Assembly: GCA_934621385.1 (NCBI GenBank)
Contig: CAKTUI010000003.1
Coordinates: forward strand, 17,998 to 81,997
Direction of reading: 5' to 3'
From: an uncultured Kiritimatiellota bacterium
GTDB lineage: Bacteria; Verrucomicrobiota; Kiritimatiellia; RFP12; UBA1067
DNA length: 64,000 nucleotides
Below the pieces are notes generated by a model that was not told the origin of the DNA, made no database searches, and was given only the letters and a program-made list of their open reading frames with translations. Numbering within the stretch: position 1 is the stretch's first letter; each line of letters opens with the position of its first letter. Made by a program: the position numbers and the translations under genes. Positions 16,801 to 25,199 of this stretch are shown here, piece after piece.

Positions 16801-19800
16801 CGTTCGCGCCACACACGGCGGACGAGACGAGGCGTCCAAGGAAGTCGTATGTCGAGACGGAGTTCGTCACGACACCGCAGTCGTGCGACTCCGTGACCAC
16901 GTACTCGATGCGACAGCCGTCGGCGGCGTAGTCCTCGAAGCGCCGCTCCTCCGTAAACTTGTCGCCGCCCCACTCGCGGCGCGTTGAGGAGCCGCCGCCG
17001 AAGACGCTACGGCTCTTCGTCGCCGTCACGCGCACCCCGTTGGTGAAGACCTCCTCGCCGCTCTCGATGCAGTTGCCGAGCAGATCCGTGCGCGTCATCG
17101 TCATGCGTCCGCGCTCGTCCGTGCGGATCGCGAGGTCGCCGCCGCCGTTCGGATACTCGGTCGCGACGGACGACAGCACCTTGCCTTGGGAGGACCGCCA
17201 GTCGTTCGCCTCGCCCAGAACGAAGCCAACGTAGGTCAGCGTGTTCGTCTCGCGTCCAAGTCCGTCGAAGAAGTGCTGCGTCACGCGGTAGCCACCGTTG
17301 GTCGAAATGTCGGCCTGCCACACGTCCTCGTCCGCATTGTAGAGCTGGTCGTAGCCGGTCACGCCGGAGCGCAACACGCGGCGGCGCTCGCGGTCGCGCC
17401 GCCAGAGGAGGCGGCAGCACGAATAGGCGTTGGTGGTCGACGTGCCGTCGGAGTAGACCGTCGAGCGCAGACGGTTCTTCTCGTCGTAGAGGGACCGCTC
17501 CTCGTCAAGCATCCTGCCGCCGTCCGTCAGGTGCGTGGCCCTGCGGACGACCAGCCCGTAGGCCGCATCGTAGTCCGTCACCGTGTACGTCGGGAGCGGA
17601 CTGGACGAGAAGGACGACCGGGACGTGCAGGTCACGACCGCGCCCGTGGCGACGTAGTCATTCACGGTGAGCAGTCCGTTCTCGTCCAGTTGCGCGGAGA
17701 CCTTGCAGCGCATCACGAGGGGCGTCCCAACCCCCGTCTCGGTGAAGGTGGTCTCGTAGGAATAGGCGTTTCCATCCGCGTTCGGAGCCGCCCCGCCTGC
17801 GGCGGAGCCGGCCCGCCACCTCTCCGCCTTCACGGTCTCGCGTCCGCCTGCGGCGCCGGTCGTGTACCGCCACCACGTCCGCCCAATCATCGTCGCGACG
17901 CCTCCCGCGACAACGTACTTCGTCTCGGTTCGCACCTTGCCGACGAATTCGCCGTCCTCGCCGTCCCCGGCAAGCGGCGCGTAGTCGAATACCGTCACGT
18001 AGGCATCGGACAGCCCCTCCGCGCCCGTCAGGACGTTCGAGACCGCGACCGGGAAGGATCCTGGGATCTCCGAGCCGTTGCGCTGCTCGACGCGGAGAAT
18101 CTCGCGCCCGGACTCGTCGAAGTCGTGGTACTCCCACGGGCGGTCGTTCCCGGTCAGAAGCCGAAGCTTGCCGTGACGCGCCCTGCGTCTGGGATCGAAC
18201 CAGTAGTCGGCCTCGCGTGTGCGCCCGTTGAGCCCCGTCCACTCGTAGCGGTAGGTCTCGCGGATGACAGCGTTCTCGCACTCGCCGTACCGGTGGGATT
18301 CCGAGTAGACGTAGGACAGCTCGTTTCCGTTCGCGTCCCTCACCGTGCGCCATTCCCTCTTCGCCCCGTCCCACGGATCGTTGATCCTGTCCTCGACGGT
18401 CAGCTCCTCCGAGACCTGCTTGAGGTTGTCAAACCTCGTCCAGTCGCCGCCATCGCATGTGAACGTCCAGTCCTCGAGGGGATTGTCGAGTCTGCTGATC
18501 TTGCGGATTCTGATCCGCGACGTGCTCCCGTCCACATTCGAGAACTCCCACGTGTGGTCGAGCGTCCCGGAGAGACGGTCCCGGACGGTCATCCGCACCA
18601 CGCCGGACACGCTCTCGATCACGATGTCCCGGCCGCGTTCGCCCATGCACACGATGTGGCGGCTGTTCCCGTTCGTGGTCACGGTCACGCTGGCGTCCTC
18701 CCTGAACAGGTAGCGGAAGGTCGACGGAGTCACGATGATCGGATCGTCCGTCTTGAAGTAGGCGAATCCGTCCGTCTGTCCCCTGCGGGGCGATCCGACC
18801 GACACGCGGAACGCGAGCGATCCGAGTTCCGTCCCGTCGTAGTGCTGGCAGGAGCCGCCCGTGCAGGTGTCCTCGCACGACTCGCACTCGTCAAGCTCGG
18901 TCAGAAGCTCGGAATGCGTCAGCGATCCGCCGCAGCCGTATTCGCGCAGATGCAGGGCCTTCCCCGACCACACCACCTCGTCGCCGACCTTGACCACGCC
19001 GGTGCATTTCTCGCCGTCCGTGTCGAAGTCTGTCGACACGCCCGCATAGTCTCCGATGCCCGACGAGACGCCTGGTTCGCAGTTGCAGTACCATCCGCCG
19101 GAGTAGTCCCGCGACCAGTTCCCCCAGAGGCACTTGCTGTTGAGCGGGTAGTGTTCCTCGTAGTAGTAGGTGTCGCTGGTCCAGTCGTAGCCGAGGTCGG
19201 AACCCGCATAGCAGTGATCCTCGCCGTACCACACGCTCGGATCGAGAATGAGCAGTATATGGCCTCCCCCGCCATCGCCGGAACGGAGCATGCGCCGCAA
19301 GACCGGCGGCGCAAGCGAGGCGGAGATCTCCGGGAACGGATACGCGCCGGGGCGGTAGACCGCAAGCGTCCCGCCCGAGACGTCGCCGTCGTAAGCGATG
19401 CCGCCGTCCGAGACGCCCTCCATCCCGGAAAGCACCCCCATGTCCGCCTCCTCGTCGGAGAGCGGGCCGTTGCAGGGACGATGCGTCCTGTCGATGGTCA
19501 GTCCGACGGAGGAGTACGATCCGTCCGTGAACACGGAGTACGAGATTCCGTTGTACTTGATCTCCCTGCCGCCCTCCACCTTCAACTCCGGCACGTAGGC
19601 GAGGAGGTGGAGCGGGGTGGCCGTGCGCACCCTGCACCCGGTCGCGACGAGCCGGAGCGTGAGGTTCTCCGCGCCGTTCGTCGAGACCGGGATGCGGAAG
19701 CTGTCCCCGGACGGGGAGCGGACGAGCGAACCCGAGCCGCCGAAGGAGTCCTCCCATTCGAGGCGCATCCCCTCCAGCATCCAGCCCGCCGCCGAATCGG

Positions 19801-21349
19801 GCGCGGCCGAGACGAAGTACTGCTGCCACGGGCTCGTCTTCGAGATGCGGAACGTCCTCTGCCAGACGAGCGCGGGCGCACCCTGCGGAAGCTCGGCGGC
19901 GAATGCGTCCGCCATCTTCCACGACACGAGGGAGTTTGTGACGCAGACGACGGGCGAGGGCGCGGCGTTCGTCGGGTTGAGTCCCAGGAGCATCTCCGTT
20001 CCGAGCGTGAAGCCGTCCTCCTTGGCGGCGGTCGCATCGTCCACGACGTTCGTGTCGCCGAACCAGTGCCGCTCGTACTCGTCGTCGATGCCGTCGCGGT
20101 CGGCATCGGTGGAGGCGGTGGCCGTCTGCGGATCGGGGTCGGAACCGTCCACGAGGCCGTCCCCGTCCGAATCGCGGTTCAGGGGGTCGAGGTTCGCCGC
20201 GACCTCCGCGCCATCGGGAATGCCGTCGAAGTCGGAGTCGGGAAGGTCGGGGTCCGTGCCGAGTCCGAAGATCTCGTCCTCGGTCGGGATGCCGTCGCCG
20301 TCGCGGTCGGGATTGGCGATGTCGTAGGCCGTCACCCGCTGGAAGGCGAGCGAGGTGAGAGACCTGCCGAGCGCCAGAGCGAACCACGCGCCTCCGCCGC
20401 TCCTCACGCCGACCGTCACGTTCGTCAGCAGATCGTCGGACGCAAGACGCGAGAGGTCGAAGCGATAGACGAACGAGCCGCCGGGACGGAACTCGACCTG
20501 GAACGAGACGGGATTAGTCGCGCATCGGTCGAGAAGCACGTTCTGCCAGGTGACGAGAAGCGAGTTCTCCTCCGTCAGCGTCCACCAGAAGACGCAGGGA
20601 CGGTTCGTCTCGTCCAGCTCACCCCAGTTTGCCTCCGGGGCGACGCCGAGGGGAGCCGAGAACGGCGAGAAGCAACGGTTGGTGTCCGCGACGTCAGGCA
20701 TCACCACGCCGTTGGCGAATGCCGCGAGATTCGTCACGTATCCGTCGTCGAACGGGAACGTCCAGTCCGGGAGATCGGCATGGATCCTGACCGTCGCCGC
20801 GCCATGCCGCACCCAGTTGGTTGCGAGACAAGCCCCATTCGGTGCCGAGAAGTCGAACGTCTCGTTCGTGCCGACACCAGTCAGCACGAATCCCGCTGCA
20901 TAGGCGCTCGGCGGAATGCGCGAAACATGCGAAATGGGTGCGTTGGTCGGCGCTTCCGGCTCCGGATCGCCGGTCTCGCCGCCGTTGTCGCGGTCACCCA
21001 GGTTCGGCGCTCCGCCGAACATGCCCAGCATCATGGCCCCGCCGACGTCGTTCGTGTTCGCCTCGCCGTCCACGCCGCCGACGAGATTCGTCATGTCGCC
21101 CTCCGCCCCCTCGACCACGTTCGTGATCGAGCCCCCGTCGCCGCCGGTCGAACCGCCGCCGTAGTCCGGCTTCGTGCCGCCGTAGACAATCGCAGCCGCC
21201 AGCATCCCGCCGCAGACGACCCTTGTCAGCCAGGACTGCGCCTTGAGACGCTTCTCGGCATCCTTGAACACTCCCTTTTCGTAAAGCCAGCAGACGATGA
21301 ACGCCGTCCAAAGGGTGACGACCCCGCCTATCGCGAACAACTTGAACAT
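13799..21349 (-). CDS. RHS-family polymorphic toxin, 2516 aa
   Basis: Two N-terminal TM helices. TSP3-type Asp-rich Ca-binding repeats ([12 protein letters not shown].., ~20059-20314). Long YD-repeat core. Core-end motif [39 protein letters not shown] at ~14405. Confidence 0.9.
   Translation of the reverse strand: [2516 protein letters not shown]
13802..14404 (-). other. Variable C-terminal toxin tip of the RHS protein (201 aa, glycine-zipper-like segment)
   Basis: It follows the DILGE core boundary, and GC drops from about 14480 downward. Contains [25 protein letters not shown]. No recognisable nuclease or deaminase motif. Confidence 0.6.
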
Positions 21350-21358
21350 GGCTGGCTG

Positions 21359-22009
21359 TCACCTCAATGTCATCACGAAGCCCTTGAACTGGATGTCGAC
21401 GAAGAACCGCTCGTTCTGCACGTCGACTCCCCGCGCGGTCATCCGCATCAGATTCCAGTCGCGCCCGTAGAGCCACTCCGGGCGAGCGGTGGAGAGGTCG
21501 GCGAACGCGGCCCCGGTCTCGTTCGTCGCGGTGAACGACTTGACCTCGACCCTGTCCTTTCCGACCCTGTAGTGCCAGTCGAGCGTCCGGGCGACGCCGT
21601 TCGTGCCGACGCCATCCTCCTCGATTCGCTCCCCCGTCCTGAACCGCTCGACGAAGTACCGCCCGCACTCCCAGCCGATCACCACGTCAGTCTCCTGCGG
21701 GGCAAGCCTCCCGTCCGAGTCGGCATCGGTTCCGAACGCCACCTCGACGTTGTTCGATGGCGTTCCGTCGAAGGAGAGCCAGAAGTCGAGAGTCCTCACG
21801 CCGCCCGTCTGGTCGAGGCGGTGGTGCGCGGTCACCTCGGTGTCGGCGAACTCCGGCGCGGGCAGCCGGCGCATCTCCTTCCCGGAGACGGCGAACACCG
21901 CAGCGGCCGCGAACGCCAGCATCGCGGCCATCCATCCCTTCCACTCGATGTTCATCTTCATGTTCTTCAACCTCTCTGTCAAATCCTTCATCTTCAGACC
22001 TTTACGCAT
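21359..22009 (-). CDS. Membrane-anchored hypothetical protein immediately upstream of the RHS gene
   Basis: 216 aa (start ambiguous among three ATGs) with one TM (WMAAMLAFAAAAVFAV) and then a beta-rich domain. Only a 9-nt gap to the RHS start. Confidence 0.5.
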   Translation of the reverse strand: MRKGLKMKDLTERLKNMKMNIEWKGWMAAMLAFAAAAVFAVSGKEMRRLPAPEFADTEVTAHHRLDQTGGVRTLDFWLSFDGTPSNNVEVAFGTDADSDGRLAPQETDVVIGWECGRYFVERFRTGERIEEDGVGTNGVARTLDWHYRVGKDRVEVKSFTATNETGAAFADLSTARPEWLYGRDWNLMRMTARGVDVQNERFFVDIQFKGFVMTLR

Positions 22010-22140
22010 ATCACAAACAATTCAACCGCGATGGCAAGCAGCGAACAGCCATCACCGCCCCGATTATCGTAAGGCACCGCCCCCAATTGCGGAACGCAGA
22101 AGCTGATTCCTTCAAGTCATCGAACCACCTCACGGCCTGT

Positions 22141-22293
22141 CTACTCTTTTTCGCACCCCTCCATCTCCTTGCGGTGACGTTCCATCGCCTCCGCCTGTTC
22201 AATTGTTATGAGTCGCGGTTGCGGTCCCTTGATCCGAGGATCGCGCTTCCGCGGCCACCACACCATGCCCATCATCCGTCCAAGAAGCGTCAT
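22141..22293 (-). CDS. 50-aa ORF coupled to the FtsK-like gene
   Basis: MTLLGRMMGMVWWPRKRDPRIKGPQPRLITIEQAEAMERHRKEMEGCEKE. Its ATG overlaps the FtsK-like stop as ATGA. Below the ORF-track length cut-off. Confidence 0.35.
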   Translation of the reverse strand: MTLLGRMMGMVWWPRKRDPRIKGPQPRLITIEQAEAMERHRKEMEGCEKE

Positions 22294-23255
22294 TCCTTCT
22301 CCTCAATGAACTTCGGCTGTCCGTACTTCCCAACCGCAGCAGATACGAGTTCGCCGATTTCCGCATCGGAGATGTATGCACCCTGCCCGCGCACGATTTC
22401 TTCGGAACCCGAACGGAACAAGAAGCCCCCGCGTCCGTGAAGCTTCTCCGCTCCCACATCATCGATGATCGTCCGAGAATCGATGCCGCTCACCGTTTTG
22501 AACGCCAGCCGCCCCGGCATGTTCGACTTCAACAGACCCGTAACAACCTTGCAGTCAGGACGGGACGTGGCGATCACAATGTGGATACCAGCCGCCCTGG
22601 CCTTGGCCGTGATCCGCGAAACCAACGCCTCGACCTCCTTGCCTTGCGTCATCATCAGATCCGCGAACTCGTCAAATACGGTAACGATATAGAGGACTGT
22701 CCTGGGCGTTTCACCACCAACGTCACTCACAACCTTTCGGGCGTTGAAATCCGTGATGTTGCGACAGTACGCCCTTGCGAACATCTTAAGCCGCTTCTCC
22801 ATCTCGCAGCAGTCCAGCCAACGCAATGCAAAGAGCGTCCGCGAATCGGAGGTGATGACTGGCAGGATAAGATGCGGCAGTTTGCATGCCCATGTGAACT
22901 CGACACATTTGGGATCGTAGATCATGAGCCGCACTTCATCCGGCGACTTGGTAGAAATCAGTCCCGCGATAAACGAATTAAGGCATACTGTCTTTCCCTG
23001 TCCCGCGCCACCGCCCACCAGAAGATGCGGCAACCGCGCAAGGTCGATGATTTGACTTGTCCCGAACTCATCCCGCCCGAGGACGAACGGGAGTGCGTAG
23101 TTATGCGCCCTTCCATCTACTGGCGCGATTTCTCTGGCAATCAAACCTGCTGTCTGCGGCGATTCCATGCGGTCGGCCGCCTGCATTTCACGGGCAACCT
23201 CCAAGAGGTTCTTCGCGCATTCACGCAGTTTCGCAATGACATCTCTGTTATCCAT
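22290..23255 (-). CDS. FtsK/SpoIIIE-family ATPase, motor domain only
   Basis: Start at ATG 23255 (GGAGGAGAGG upstream). Walker A GGGAGQGKT, Walker B VTVFDEFADL, and ATSRPDCKVVTG..AFKTVSGIDSRTIID match the FtsK motor. No TM region or gamma domain. Confidence 0.75.
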   Translation of the reverse strand: MDNRDVIAKLRECAKNLLEVAREMQAADRMESPQTAGLIAREIAPVDGRAHNYALPFVLGRDEFGTSQIIDLARLPHLLVGGGAGQGKTVCLNSFIAGLISTKSPDEVRLMIYDPKCVEFTWACKLPHLILPVITSDSRTLFALRWLDCCEMEKRLKMFARAYCRNITDFNARKVVSDVGGETPRTVLYIVTVFDEFADLMMTQGKEVEALVSRITAKARAAGIHIVIATSRPDCKVVTGLLKSNMPGRLAFKTVSGIDSRTIIDDVGAEKLHGRGGFLFRSGSEEIVRGQGAYISDAEIGELVSAAVGKYGQPKFIEEKE

Positions 23256-23269
23256 ATTCCTCTCCTCCG

Positions 23270-24499
23270 TCAGCAATACGCATATCTGCCGTCAAGTTTT
23301 GTGAAGGCCTCTGCTATCTTCGCCGCACTCTTTTCATCCTTCAACGAGTTGGTATAATACCGCCACGCGCCCGCAGCAGCCCTGCACGGCCCTCGTCTTT
23401 CGGTCGAATAGAGCCAGTTGTCCCTGCGGAACTTCTCAACGGTATTCAGCAACTCCGCCATCAGCACCGCAGTCATCGTCGAATTCTTCACGCAGAGATG
23501 GTCTGCCAGCGCAAGCATCAGCTGATATGACATTTCCCGATTGTCCGCACTGCATCCTCCGGCGAGCAACCGGCTTGCCTCGTCATTCAGGAGTTTTGAA
23601 AACGCCTTGAAGGATGCATCCCTCGAATCGTCGTAGAACTTCTCCTTCGCCGGAGGTGCGAACATCCGATGGCGAATGAGGACGTCAGCTATCGCTCTTC
23701 CAAATGCCTCAACTTCGATGTGTTTCCTGCCAGTAACCCACGACGGATGTTGCGTCTGGACGATCAGCGTCCGCCCGTATCTGTAGACCTTGATCAGCCA
23801 CGGGCTTCCGTCCTTCGGATGGATCACCGGCTCAATCATCTCGATGCCCTTCGGGAAAACACGATCCGCCCCAGAGTTGTTATGCAACGTGTAGATGATC
23901 ACATTTGGACAAAACACCTTGATGAACCTGTCAAATGATGACAGCCCGCATTCGTCAGCGATCCGTTGGATAAGCGAGAGCCGAGACGGGGTGATCGAAT
24001 CCCTTGCAACGCCGCCACCAACCCCATCTGGCTTGTACTTTTCTATCGGATAAGAGTTGCTCCACGCAATTCCCCTGAAAATCGGACTTGCCGCATCAAG
24101 GGCGTCATGCGTCGAATAGACGGTGTTCAACACCCCCGCAACGGCCTTCCAAAACGGGTTCTTCCATTTCGTCGGGCCATCGGCAAGATGTCCTTTTCTT
24201 GCGCATGATTCGCGCTGAAGAACCTCGAACGAAAACTCGAGTTCGTATTTACCATTTTTGCGGTCTTCCAAATCCGTCAGAAGGGAGTCCTTCCAATAAT
24301 TCGTGCCCTCGCCCACGATGGCCACCTTCACAAGCGACTGTGCGTAGAGGTTACCACACCCAGGAAGGAAAAGCGCAGGAACTGCCCAAAGCTCCTTGTC
24401 CGTAAATCCAACATCCGCTATCCTCTGAAAGAACAGATCCGATGCTGGGCCGTACTCATCCCGAAACCTTTTCCGAAGTTCCAATTCCCGTGGTGACAT
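23270..24499 (-). CDS. 409-aa hypothetical protein, possibly with a UDG-superfamily-like fold
   Basis: Start at ATG 24499 (AAAGGAG upstream). The motif order VAIVGEGTNYW .. FWKAVAGVL .. IAWSNSYPI .. NVIIYTLH .. TQHPSW loosely parallels UDG family 4 motifs. Helical C-terminal domain. This is a weak inference. Confidence 0.3.
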   Translation of the reverse strand: MSPRELELRKRFRDEYGPASDLFFQRIADVGFTDKELWAVPALFLPGCGNLYAQSLVKVAIVGEGTNYWKDSLLTDLEDRKNGKYELEFSFEVLQRESCARKGHLADGPTKWKNPFWKAVAGVLNTVYSTHDALDAASPIFRGIAWSNSYPIEKYKPDGVGGGVARDSITPSRLSLIQRIADECGLSSFDRFIKVFCPNVIIYTLHNNSGADRVFPKGIEMIEPVIHPKDGSPWLIKVYRYGRTLIVQTQHPSWVTGRKHIEVEAFGRAIADVLIRHRMFAPPAKEKFYDDSRDASFKAFSKLLNDEASRLLAGGCSADNREMSYQLMLALADHLCVKNSTMTAVLMAELLNTVEKFRRDNWLYSTERRGPCRAAAGAWRYYTNSLKDEKSAAKIAEAFTKLDGRYAYC

Positions 24500-24513
24500 A
24501 TTTCCCGCTCCTT

Positions 24514-24765
24514 TCATCCAGCGCACCGAGTCCCATTAGGCAAAATGGCCGAACACGTCCCTCTGACAACGGCCCCGACAAGCCAGAGTACGCCACCGAT
24601 GACAAACAACAAAGCAAGGACTCGAAGCACAAACACCCCGACCGCCGCCAGCACGGCGCAGACCATACACACGCACATGATAAGCAATGCTGCGGCAAGT
24701 AACAAAACGACAACGGCGAGTGCCGCCAGCGGAAGGCACAGAATTCCAACGGCTATGTTCTTCAT
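24514..24765 (-). CDS. 83-aa extremely hydrophobic membrane protein
   Basis: Two or three TM helices. ATGA overlap with the YkgJ-like stop at 24762-24765. Confidence 0.5.
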   Translation of the reverse strand: MKNIAVGILCLPLAALAVVVLLLAAALLIMCVCMVCAVLAAVGVFVLRVLALLFVIGGVLWLVGAVVRGTCSAILPNGTRCAG

Positions 24766-25184
24766 CCCTCGCCCCCTGTCTCGCCGCTCGTTCCAAGCAC
24801 TTCTTCCGACAAACTGTCAAGCGAGCCTTCTGGGAGGGAAGACATAAGCCGCTCAAAATCGGTTTCGAGTCCGGCCTTCTCACCCTCGCCAACTTCCACC
24901 CCCGACATTGCAGAGCGCAGTTCATCAAAATGAGACTTGAGCATCGTGCAAGACGTCGACATGGCATCGAGATATTCGTCCTTCGTCAACTTCGCGGCGA
25001 AGCGCGAATACATCCTGTCAACGCTGCAAACCTCGGGGCGATGATCGTATATGTCGCAGAGGTTGTCGCACGTAAGATGGACGCACACGCCATCGCCACG
25101 GTCGAAATGCTTGAGCTGCGGCACATTGCCTATGAGGCGGCAACACAATCCACAACGATCACATTCAAATCGCGGCGATGGCAT
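24762..25184 (-). CDS. YkgJ-family cysteine-cluster (zinc/iron-chelating) protein
   Basis: CDRCGLCC .. C-VHL-C .. CDIYDHRPEVC matches the UPF0153/YkgJ pattern. Acidic tail. Confidence 0.65.
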   Translation of the reverse strand: MPSPRFECDRCGLCCRLIGNVPQLKHFDRGDGVCVHLTCDNLCDIYDHRPEVCSVDRMYSRFAAKLTKDEYLDAMSTSCTMLKSHFDELRSAMSGVEVGEGEKAGLETDFERLMSSLPEGSLDSLSEEVLGTSGETGGEG

Positions 25185-25199
25185 GGTATCCTCCCCTGC

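Noticed and set aside
14561-22072. Very long plus-strand ORFs (14561-16528, 655 aa; 17186-22072, 1628 aa) opposite the RHS gene
   Set aside because: They are Arg/Ala/Gly/Val-rich with no motifs. They are typical antisense open frames of high-GC coding DNA, and the minus strand carries an unmistakable RHS protein.
23349-23358. TGGTATAAT motif on the plus strand inside the 409-aa gene (possible antisense promoter)
   Set aside because: It is the coding sequence for ..YYTNS.. on the minus strand. Nothing recognisable lies downstream on the plus strand, so a chance occurrence is likely. It could be revisited with transcription-start data.
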